Below, in pieces: positions 1-12,100 of a stretch of DNA of 64,000 bases. The DNA lies in contig NW_004797602.1 in assembly GCF_000002075.1 (NCBI RefSeq), positions 34,304 to 98,303 of the forward strand, written 5' to 3'. The position numbers and the translations under genes were made by a program. The DNA is from Aplysia californica (taxonomy: Eukaryota). Below the pieces are notes generated by a model that was not told the origin of the DNA, did not search any database, and saw nothing but the letters and a program-made list of their open reading frames with translations. How positions within the stretch are numbered: position 1 is the first letter of the stretch; every line of letters starts with the position of its first letter.

Positions 1-33
1 TCACTTCTGGTGAAACGCTGAGCGCTTCTAGGG
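1..33. mobile_element. Terminus of a piggyBac-like MITE, same family as 28260-28883
   Basis: Near-exact reverse complement of the 28260 element start (ccctagaagcgctcagcgtttcacc.gaagt). Confidence 0.7.
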
Positions 34-501
34 TAAAATCGCGCTGATCGGCAAATGGCGCTTGACATAAACACAGTATTCACACACACTGTGCGAATAC
101 AATTCCATAGTATTCACACACCCTCCTGCCTGTGTGAATAACTACTGACTGGTAAAACAAACAAGGGAGAGGGTGAGTCTGAGAAAAGCTAGACAGATCT
201 AGATCTAGATCTAGATCTAGGTTATTCTCACCCGAGGTTACCTGAGAAGCATCTGAACAGCCAGTTGGCCTAAGGCGAGCCTATTTATAACAAAAACTGG
301 AATGAAACTAACTCAGTAGAAAGCGGATAATAATAACTGGCCCTGGCCTGGGTGACTTTCTGGGCCTATCGACACCTTCCACCACTCACTGTCACTCCAA
401 TTCCCACAATCAGCTCCCAATGAGTACGAACTAATCTAGATCTAGATCTAGATTCTAGATCTAAATATAAGAGACCCAACATTTCCGAAACAAATACTTA
501 C

Positions 502-700
502 CAAAATACCGTGGTTAGATCACGGGCGGTCCCTCATGGGCGATAGACTAGCCTACGTAAAAGATAGTGTTGCACTGTGAAACTGAATCAGCATCCGTCA
601 GCCTTTGTGACAGTTCCTCTTTCGTTCGTACTACGCTGCGGCTGGATTTGTTGTCATTTCGCTTACGGTGCGATTTCCTATGAGCCAGCAGTTTTCACCG
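502..700 (-). other. Possible non-coding first exon of a gene divergent from CENPM that continues left of the window
   Basis: Strong minus-strand donor TTG|gtaagtattt at 502/501, CpG-rich context, no ORF in any frame. The 5' limit is approximate. Confidence 0.3.
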
Positions 701-1748
701 AATCAATACTAAAGTTTTCATTGACAAAACAATTTTGCTAATGAGTTAATTTCATCTAATTTGAGCTTAAAAGGTTCACTCTTTCACTAAAAATAAATAA
801 TTTTCAAATAAATTAGGTTTCTAAGTCCAGATAAAAATCTTTAAAATCATAGAAAATAAATAGCCGCTTATTTTCTCCCTTCGCCTTTACAGGCAATAGG
901 ACGGACAAACTGGTATGCGTCAAATTGGTATCATGTATCACCGAAAATATCCGCAACTAGAGGTGTGCGAGTCCAGCATATTAAGATTCGAGTCCACACT
1001 CGAGTATCTGCTCTGGACTCGAGTAATTACTCGAGTAATTNNNNNNNNNNNNNNNNNNNNNNNNNNNNNNNNNNNNNNNNNNNNNNNNNNNNNNNNNNNN
1101 NNNNNNNNNNNNNNNNNNNNNNNNNNNNNNNNNNNNNNNNTCTCTCTCTCTCTCTCTCTCTCTCTCTCCAGTGTGGAGGAGACACACGCTGGAGTAAACA
1201 AATAACTTTACAACGCCATGCCCAAACTGGGTCCACGAAAACCTTTCAGCTTCTCCAGAAGAGAAGAAGTTATTTTTTACTAGATTGTGTATCGGAAACA
1301 CCTCATTGACACATAATTTTAAAAAATACCACCTTAATAATTCATTGAGATGAGAAAACTGTTCTATGTCGGGTGCAGCACATGTTTCACCATTAGATCT
1401 AGACACAAAAGTGATATTTATAGAATGTCCAGACTTTTGAGAGACCCGAAAGACGTACATTGTAAGTTGTAAAACACAATGTACAAAATTACAAGTATTC
1501 TCCGTCGTAGATCCCAACAGATTTCTCGATCTTATAAGGCATCTGGCTTTTACAATAAATTGTATACGATTATTTTGATTTATAAACTAACATCTTTAGA
1601 CTGAGGTTTCTACTTTACCATTTTAATCTGATCATTGACCAAACCAAACCGTGCTGTGAACTGTTGTGAATGCAATACCAACTTGTGTTTCGCATGTGCG
1701 TATGTTATGCAGTTGCAAGCTCGTAAATTTTTTTACTAAAACTAAATT

Positions 1749-1752
<4 letters not shown>

Positions 1753-1804
<52 letters not shown>
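1753..1804. repeat. (CT)n microsatellite; another copy at 1141-1167 beside a gap
   Basis: Direct observation. Confidence 0.95.
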
Positions 1805-1810
<6 letters not shown>

Positions 1811-3051
1811 CCTCTCTCCTTCATCCCTTCCCTGGTCCACCCCCACTCTCCAAATCCCTAATTTCCCTCTCCCTTGCGCATATTCCCTCTGGCACCATAG
1901 CCAAGTCCTATAAGATCTTAATTAAGTTAAGTTACGTTATAAGAAAAGACTGCAGTTCGTGGGGATTTTTACCAAAGTTGTCCATATTGCTAGGGTAGGA
2001 CCACACTGCAGGTGAGCAAAGCAGGGCGAGTTGAGGTGAAAACAGTGCGCCCCCCCCCCCCCCCCCCCCACAAAAAAATTTAAAAAAATCTATAATTACC
2101 TGCACGCACGCACACATGACGACACGACACTACATAGCCTGAAGAAAGCAATTCAAAGCATAAACGGACTCGCAGATACAGACTCATAAGCCTAGTAAAT
2201 AACTAGAACAAATGCACCACTCGGTGGGGTTTTGTTTTTTGGGTGGGTTTTTTTCGGGGGTTGGGGGATTACATATTACATCTGAGAGACCCGACGCTTC
2301 TCCAGAAGTCGAGATTTAGGCCTATACACAATTAGCTGGGCCTCTTTTCGAGGAATGATCGGTGCATGATATTTACATTCTACTGGAATGGAGCAAATCT
2401 TAGAGATGCAAAAATTAGAAGGTTCAGATATCTATACTCTCAAAACTGCGCACGGTTAGTGAACGGAAACCTCCTTTTCTAAAATTACAGAGACAGAAGC
2501 GTCGGCCAACAAAAGTGATCGGCGAAATAAAGAAATTTAGTTTTTTTTTGCAGCAAAATTGTCTCAAAACGGAAAAAAAAATGAAGGGCGTCATGATCTG
2601 GAGATTAGATTCTAGATATATATCTAGATCTATTCTATATCTAGATTCTAGATGTATTGGGATAAAATGGTGAAATTGTGTATAGAAATTCGCATGGTAA
2701 TTTTACAACCATTTCGTGATTTAAAAAAATAATTATACGCCTTTGTTTTGTCAATTTTACATATTATTATATTACCATATCTCCGCTGTGGATTCGCTAT
2801 TCCCAAAACTTTTTAAATACCAATGGGTTGCGACTGAACTTCTATTGCCAAAATCTTCGTTTTGTATATATATAGACAGGGGCCAGGGGCAGATCACTCT
2901 AGACTCTAGAGGTCGAAAACTGCGGAAAAGCGGCGAAAACAAACGGTAGATGGCAGATGGTAATCTAGATTCTAGATCTAGATTCTAGATCTACTAAAAC
3001 TTAATTTTATATTAAGTGTCCAAAGTTGAATGAGAGAGGTGGCTGGAGACC

Positions 3052-3177
3052 ATGGAAATTAATGGAAATGAAAGTGAAAGCAATAACCTTTCCACCAGTC
3101 AAAATGAGGGTTTATCTTCCAAGATTATTCGTCCTCACCATGTTTTGAGGAACATTTACAGCCCGCAGACTTTATTG
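3052..3177 (+). CDS. CENPM: CENPM coding exon 1
   Basis: ACCATGG start context; 42 codons; donor TTG|gtaagt. Confidence 0.8.
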
Positions 3178-6100
3178 GTAAGTTTGTAGGCTACTCTAGA
3201 GTCTAGCTAGCTCTAGATTTTTCTAGATCTTGATCTAGATATAGATCTATATCTCTAGATTCTAGATCTAGAATATAGATCTAGATTTTGATATAGATCT
3301 AGACCTTCTATCGAGATATGAGCCATTGCCAAAACGTGGGGAAAAACACACACATCTCACATATTAGTGTGCATAAAATGTGATGCATTAGTATTTATTC
3401 CTCCAAAACGTATACACACGTCAAATATAGGATGCAGAACCTGCATTAGCAGTTTCAGACCCCATGTCAGCTTTATAATCTTGAGTTTGTAAATTTTGTG
3501 CCAAAAATGTTCGTTTTTTAGTGATTCCTGGAGTGTCATTTTGAGCACACCAATGCAAACTTCCAAGAATGTCCAAAATTTAGTATTTTTGGGTGGGTTT
3601 TTTTTACGTGTGCTTTGATCCTATGCTATTTGTCATTGAGAAAGGTTAACTTGCTCAAGAAATCGGTTTATTTGTTTGCAAATAGACGAACAATTCCGAT
3701 TACTTGTGCGGCTGTCGTGTCGTCACGGACTAGGTGTTTCAGAAAACACCATTATTTTTCAGTAGAATCACCGTAGCTGGTTAAATCTTTTTGCCTATCG
3801 TCGTTTATTCAATACTTCAAAAGCCACGATGCGCGAAAGGAACATCGGGTTCCTAGATCTACGATTTCGATCGGCTGTTTAACATTCGCCGTTATTGTCG
3901 TCAATTTGCGACGTGCCGGAAGTCCGAATTTCGCCCACTTTTGTTTTGAACGGGTCATCAACAGTGCCCGGATATAATTGTGTTCTTGAGTGACTTCCCC
4001 TTACCCGCTTCTCCAGAACAACGGAAGCAACGGGGGAAACAGAAAAACGAAAGTAGTCATTGCCTTCAGCGCCCGGTGACGCACAAGTATTTTGTGTTGA
4101 ATGTGACGTACTGGGCTGTTTTGCGTGTTTTTAGGCTACTCTGTTGAATATTTGAGTGAAATTGCGCTGTTTACACTGGATTCCTGGAACAAGAGGGTGA
4201 TGTGTGAACAAACTTCGAGAGATGGATCATTTCTGTGGTTATAGATTTAGCTTTTGTGCTCAGTGATGACGTTTGGGGTGTCGTCATGCAGCCGTACAAG
4301 ACTGACTGACGTACGAGAAATTACATTGTCCTAAGAGCAAACATTTTTAAAGTAATGTGTGCTCTCTTTACTCAAACAAATAAACAAACATGTCCTTGTT
4401 TATCTGTCTAACTCAAAAATACACATTTGTTCTTTGTTGGTATGATATACCTTTTTCCAATACATTGTGTCATTGTGTCATCATTGTTATGTACAAGTAA
4501 TATTTGTCATCATTGCTAATATCAATAAGTTTTCAACATACATTTCATACATGCAAGATTCATTTAGAAGCAAAATACGCCTTTATTGATCTGTGTATCT
4601 CTTGGTGCAAATTTGTTCTCTGTAGGCATGATTTTTCCTTTTCCCAGTATGTTTTGTCATCACTGTTATGTACGAGTACTGTTTGTCATAATTAGCAACA
4701 TAGTGGTGATCGTCCACTGTCTTTGATATGACCTGATATCTGTTTCAAAGCAAAAGAAACCTCTCCTGTTTTTTTTTTAATTCTTAAAGTGCGCTTTTCT
4801 CTCTGGAGGCAAGACTTTTGTCTTTTCCTGTACATTGTGTCATCATTGTTATGTACAAGTCATGTTTGTCATCACTGTTATGTACAGGTCAGCTCAATTG
4901 ATTTTGTGCTTTTGCCTCATATTAGTTTAAAAATTGTTTTACACATGTGTTTTTCTGGTACTGAGGCTTTGATAACTTTATTTGTACAGCCTTTCACTAT
5001 TGTGATGTGTTGTCAATGATAATGTCCAATGTGTATCCTTTCTTGTACATAACAATGATGACATGTTCTGTGCACTGCGTCATTGTTACAAAGCTTGTCA
5101 TTCATATTACCATTATGAATGGAGTTCATAGTGTACAAAGTCTTTGTTTAATAAACAAATGGAATTTAAAGTCCATAATTTGCCTTGCTGCTTATCTGTT
5201 TTTGTCATCACTGTTACATACAAGAAGTACAGTGGTTGCCAAACCAATAGACCCATATCTCCAAAACCGTACATCACCTTGCTCTGATACTCTAGGATAT
5301 GAGCACTAAATGTCAATCTGTGACTGACAGAAAAGAGAGTCAAATTGGTAAGAAAATTTTTTTTGCACCACTGAGTCTCAAGAGAGTCTCACGTTTTGGC
5401 AATTGCTCATATAGATCTAGATCTAGATGAATGCCCGATTACCGTGTAAACGTAACACGAGACACTCCGTTATCAATCAGGCAGTAAAACTAGATTTCTA
5501 GATCTAGATATCTAGATCTAGATTCTAGTCTCAATATCTACGACAGTCTACGTACATGCACTGTAACCGGAATGAAAATAAATCAATAGTTTTTGTCCTG
5601 TGCTGCCACTTGATGAAAAAATTTAAGATAGACATACAAAAACGTCTTGTCGGGTTCGCCATCGTGACCGGTCAGTGAACCTGTGCGTTCGCATCACGTA
5701 GGCCTAATCATTACCAGTTGGGGTCACCAAAGTTCATTCAAAGTCTGTGTGCTGCGAAGTAGAGTATTACTGTAGAGGGCTCCGGAATGGGGGGATTATT
5801 GATTTTTTTTAAAGGTACAGTCGGGGGAGGGGTGGGGTTGAAGGCAACACGGGATGACAAAAACTGAACATGGAGTTCTGAACTGCCCGGTTACCGTGAC
5901 GTGACACTGAGACTAGGCCTACATACCCGGTTGCTGTTTACGTAGATATTGAGGCTCCATGCCTGGTTACTGTGTACGTGACTCTGAGACTACGTGCCCG
6001 GTTACCGTATACGTAGACACTGGGGCTAGGTGTCGGGGAAACCGTATACGTAGACACTCCAGATTGATTTCTATTAAAATAGTTATCAGTTTGGGATTAT

Positions 6101-9100
6101 TTTGCTCCGTGAAACTCCAGTTAGGTTAGTATGACCACTACACAAGGAGCACTTGGTACGCTCAGTAAGTGTAGAGCTGTATCACTGGCTACATGGTCAT
6201 TGAGAGACATGGGCTCGGGCAGTGATGAAAGTTTTGTCGAAATAGTGACAAATCACCAAATTTGAGGCAATAGAATACTGATTTGCAGTAATCTCACAGT
6301 CTTGAAAAAAAAATACTCGCATATCTTGTGTTATAATTTGTGATTGTAGTCTGTTCATGTGTAAATGTTTGGTGCACTTGGTACTGTTTCATCATCTGCC
6401 AAGCATGGGGTTGCAGCCAGTTAGCGAATTTCGCAATATATGAGTATACAGTCGAACCTGCTTTAACGGAAACCTGTGTAAAACAGAAACCTGTCTTAAC
6501 GGAATCTCCCCGCTCCCCCCTTGATATATTCCTCTTTAATTACCTCTTTATAATACGGAAACCTGTCCAAATCGGAAACGGAAAGAAAAATCTGCCGCCC
6601 TGATTGTACAGCCAGCCAGTTCCTTGAATCGTTGTTATCATGGAATGACATCAAGAGGCTAGCTCAGGATAGAGAAAGATGGAAGGTGTTTGTCCGTGGC
6701 CTATATCCTGGTGCAGGGTGAGAAAGGCAATGATGATGATGATGATGATGAAGGGTGGCATTGGTTGACTGTGCTTATTACAATGATGGGTTGGGCTAAG
6801 GATGGAAGCAAAGGAGATGTTCAAACGATTCTGTTTTAATAGGTCAAACAGTGGTCCTATGGAATGCAAACACTGGTGGTATTTGGATAAATAAGACTGA
6901 CGTATGTCATTATCAGAGAGGATAGCAGCTGAGAGGTGTGAAGTTTTGACCACTTGTGATTGCTTGCCGACCAGACAAGCAGCCGTTGATCCCACCTACT
7001 GGGCCTATGAACGCCGCGCCCCCCCCCTCCCCCTTTTGTCTCATCTCCCCACTAAATTCCCCTCTGTGTAAGACGGATAATGTCTAATGCAGAATTTTTT
7101 TCTGGCTCCTTTGCGATTCCGTCTTGCGATTTGACTGTTTATAAAGCTGTCATTTTCTTAAAAATTGACAGAAATGTAAAAGAATAGTACCCAAATTCTC
7201 AGGAGACACAGGCCTTTCACATGAAACAGATAAATTTTGCATGCACAGCTACATTGAAAAGTTAGTTTCTAGAACATAGTAATGGCTCATTCTTCATTCA
7301 TTCTTTTATTTTTACTTTTAAGTCTTCTCAGTTTTTCAAGCTGACTTGTTTTGCACATAATTCACAGTGAACACATTAAAAAATATTTATCAAGTGGAGG
7401 TTATGTGCATCTGAACACTATTTTGTAAAAATTAATGATACTAAATTTGAAATTTTTGTAGTTTACATACTTACCTTTTTTCAATTGGTACAAAAGTTTT
7501 TGCTACTATTACTATTACACACATATTATATTAAATGATGTTGCAATGTTTGTTGTTGAAAAAATTTGGCCACGGTTCTTCCAGTGCAGAAGAAAAGATT
7601 TAAATGTTACTGATAAGACTGCTTTTAAATCATCAAAGTATTTCACAAGCAAAACTTGTTGCTGAAATTTAAATGTTGAAGAAAGGAAACAACTATTTAG
7701 TTAGCCATGTTTAACGCTCTAAACTCCCCCCCCCCCCCCCCCCCCCCATCTTTTAGTACTTCATAACTTGTGTATTATTCATTTCCTCAGGTTGTAGCGT
7801 CAGAAGGCTGTTTAACAGTTCCTGATGATTTGAAGACATTCACAGAAGGGGATAATGGAGTCCTAGTGTAAGTGCGATTGTTTTCTCTATGGACCCTTAT
7901 TGAAGCCCAAGAGAATCTCCTTCGCTGAGCTCAGGCCAGTCCATAATAATCTCAGTCGTCTCTCGAGACTGGCCATTTTATTCTCAGGATTGTTAATATT
8001 AAGCAACTGGCTTCATTTTTGGCTTAGATAATGATGCTTTTCTCCTCTTTGTAATATAGTAATCTATGCCTAAGTTCGTTTAAGATCTCGATGTTTTCAG
8101 AAGACACAAAAGTCACCCGTAAGATCTTGCTCTGAAAGACTATATATTCGGCTAAGATTCTGCATTTTAGATAGTAATTTATGGAACAAAGGCCTGGGCA
8201 GATGCACCTGATCAACAAAGCAGTCATAATTTACGAACACCCAACATATGGAAACAGTGAACAGAATTTACGGTAAAAAAAAATTTCTTGTATTATATCT
8301 AGATTTTTTATTCTTTGTATTTAAAACAAGCCGGACGCTACTTAGGGTTTTTTCTAATTGAAATATGTTGGATTCATTGGCAGTTTCGTGGCCTCTGATC
8401 TTCATTGACAGATGATTATGTCCAAAATTTAACAAGCACAGTCCATGTGCAAGAGGTCAGAACATGCATAATTATATTTTATGAGGATTATCTAACTATC
8501 AATCTTTTGTCTTGCAGACGTTACACAAAATCCTTACCTCTTGAAAGTGGCAACAAGAGCGCACCTATTGATGCAATTGCTTTGGTTTACAAAGTGTTCA
8601 GTGGAGACAGGTACAATATTGAGATTTAAATTTCTGATGTTCGGGACAGAACAGCTTAATTATGAAATGTACATTGTGTATGGAAAGCCAAGTTATTCAG
8701 AATGAATAATTAGCGGAAACTGATTGCTATTCTATTTCTGTGTTAACCATCTAATATGTTTTAAAACTTTCTTGATAGTTACATATGCTGTCATAACTAT
8801 TATTTGGAAATGAAAATAGGTGGTTGGGGGGTTAAAATGGATCTTACTTCTTTTCTATCCTTCTTTTGTTTTTACATTTGTCTGTATCATATTTCTCCGA
8901 AATGACCGCTGTTTGTTTAATGTGCTGTTCTGTACTCCGATAGAACAAACAGGATTTGAAATGAAAATAAGATTTTAATTAAGATGTCCCGTCTTCCCTC
9001 TCTTCTAAAATGCTGGTTTAAATTGTGCTGCTGTCATCACGATATTCTTTTTATGAAATTACTGCGTTACTGTCAGGGTTGGGTTGATTTAAATCAGTTG

Positions 9101-12100
9101 ATTTTTTTGATTTAAATCAACTTGATTTTTTAAATAAAAATCAGTGATTTAAATCACTTTTTAAAAAATTTATTTTTATTCAGTTTTTACATATTTCAAC
9201 ATTCAGAATTCCCTTCCTTGGTTTCATAAAACAGATATAAGGTTAAGTAGACTAATATAATCATGTTTAAAAGTCTGCTTTCCCATATGTCACTGTAAAA
9301 TAATACAGTATTCAATTTACTTTTTTTTCCATAATTGAAATCAAAGCTGGGTTGATTTAAATCAGTTGATTTTTTTTATATTTCAATCAACTTGATTTTT
9401 AAAATAAAAATCTGTGATTTAAATCACTTTTTAACAAATGTATTCAGTTTTTACATATTTGAACATTCAGAATTCCTTTTCTTGGTTTTATTAAACAGAT
9501 AAGGTTTAGTAGACTAATATAATATAGCTTAAAAGTCTGCTTTCCCCCCTGTCACTGTAAAATAATACAGTATTCAATTGACTTTTTTAAATAATTGAAA
9601 TCAGGGTTGGGTTGATTTAAATCAGGTCAATTTAAATCAGTTGATTAAAAAAATTTTTAAATCAACTTGCTTTTAAAAATAAAACTCAGTGATTTAAATC
9701 ACTTTTTAAAAAATGTATTCTGTTTTTACATCTTTAAATATTCAGAATTCCTTTCCTTGGTTTTATAAAACAGTATATATAAGGTTTATTAGACTAATAA
9801 AATCATGCTTAAAAGTCTGCTTTCACCCCTGTCACTCTAAAATAATACAGCATTCAATTTACTTTTTTTTCATTATTGAAATTAACATTTTCTTTTTCTT
9901 TTTAGACAAACACAAGCGCGTGCACACACTCACACACACTGTAATAAAATGCAAGTTTATCTATGCATAATTACCCCCCCCCCCCTCCTTTTAGACTGAC
10001 ATTTTCTTCATTTTTTGNNNNNNNNNNNNNNNNNNNNNNNNNNNNNNNNNNNNNNNNNNNNNNNNNNNNNNNNNNNNNNNNNNNNNNNNNNNNNNNNNNN
10101 NNNNNNNNNNNNNNNNNNNNNNNNNNNNNNNNNNNNNNNNNNNNNNNNNNNNNNNNNNNNNNNNNNNNNNNNNGCGGTTGCTTAAATTAATCATTAGTTA
10201 AAATAAAGACAATGCATTTTGCACTAAAAGAACATACTTTTAGCAACCAAAAATCCCAAACTGTGTCGACATTTTTTTAAAAATTAAAAAAAAAAAAAAA
10301 ATCTGATTTAAATTAAAAAAATCATGATTTAAATAAATAAAATCGATTTTTTTTATTTTTATGAAAAAAAAAAAAATCACCAACCCTGGTTACTGTGATT
10401 ACAGATATAATACTTACAGGTGATTAGATGGTTCCACTCGTAGGTCCTTCTTTCTTTCCCCTCTGATTTTTGTCTCTCTGTCTTGCATTTTCCCTGCACT
10501 TGCTGACTTATTGTGTAATCTAGCTTTTTCATTTTCAAACTGAAGCTAGGACTAGGAACCACAAAACAGTACAGGCTTTTGTTAACTTTGTGTGCCCTTA
10601 CGCTTGATATCATTTTAGAGATATGTGAATTGATAGGTTTGTGGTTGGTTTTTTTTTTTTCTTCCAGTATTCTGTTTTGTTTTACATAAATATGATAGAT
10701 TTGGTGGGTGCTCTGATGTCGCTTGCCCCCTCTTTCCTATCTAACATCTATCGTCCTTATCTCTCCTCCTTTTCTGTGCATGTTACTCTCTTGTAACACA
10801 TCTTTTCTTTGGCACTTATATGACCTTACTGTGTTGCAAGTGCTGTAAAACTCTTACAAAAACTGAAATACCTCAATTTTATATTTTTCAGTTTGAAGAC
10901 AATCAAAGATAGTCTTCCTTTCATAGATGTCAGGTATTTTCTGGGAAAGTGCTTCATACTGGTTGTTTCAGGTGAGGGTGATGTTATGTCAGAAGTTAAC
11001 GTTTTTTTAAAAACCAGACCTCCTTAAAAGAGACAGTGACATCGAAATTCATAGTTGTTATTTTTTAAAAATTATCGTTTTGTGCAATTAAATGACTTAG
11101 GTAAGTATATGAAGATGGCAGGAGAAAAGAATGCCAGACTCATGTTTTAAAAATCATGTTGATGTTTTTAACCCCTTTGGGATTTCATGACGATGCATTT
11201 AAATATTACATAACATTTTAAAGGTGGGTGGTTGGCGGGTGCACTGGTGTGGTTTACTTCTTTTTTCCTATCAAACATCTATCGTCCGTATCTCCCCTTC
11301 TTCTTTTTTATGTTTGTTACTCTCTTGTAACACCTTTAATCTTCTGGCACTCATATGACCTTATGCAGTTGCGAGCGCCGTAAAACCTCAACTAAAACTA
11401 AAACAACATTTTAAAGGGAGAAAAGCTGAACAAAAAAAAGTTGAGAAAATTGTATATCCTTCTTTGAACACATTTTTCTTTGCATGTCCAGCGATATAGG
11501 GTTGGTGTTATAATTAAGCACAATTTATTTTCATAAGTTCAAGGGAAATTCTCAACAGTCAAATAGGAATAATGTGTTGACCACAATTTATTTTAAGTTC
11601 AAAGGATAATTCATATCATTTGAACAGGAATAGAAGTGTTTGTTTAATCTTTAAAGATTATATAATGCGCACATACTTATATAATATTATATACACACTA
11701 AGTACATTAGAAAATGTTTTTACAGGTGAAGACTTCTGCCCAAAGGACACCTATGAGATTGAACAGTTTGCAAGCCAGTATCATCTTCCCATCCACTTTG
11801 CTTCTTTAATTAAGGTATTTATGTATAAGTCAAGTGAGTGTGTATATTGCATGTGTATGTGTGTGTGAAAATTAGTGAGTACATATATTTGAGTGTGTAC
11901 TCAGACTTGTGCGTATGTGTTTCTGTGTGAGAGAATAAGTGAGTGTAATATATGTTGTGTGTGTGCTCAGACATTTTCCGCCATTGGTCGATAAAGGAAG
12001 CTTATGTTGTCTGGAGTACTTTTCTTAGCAAATATGTTTACCCTATTTTTACTAGATAATGATATTGTTTTAAGTTTTAAGTGCTAAAATAGCTACAGAA

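Noticed and set aside
915-1517. ORFs spanning N-gaps or CT/GA microsatellites (also near 9963-10194, 19894-20187 and 38019-38549)
   Set aside because: They are open only because of N runs or simple repeats.
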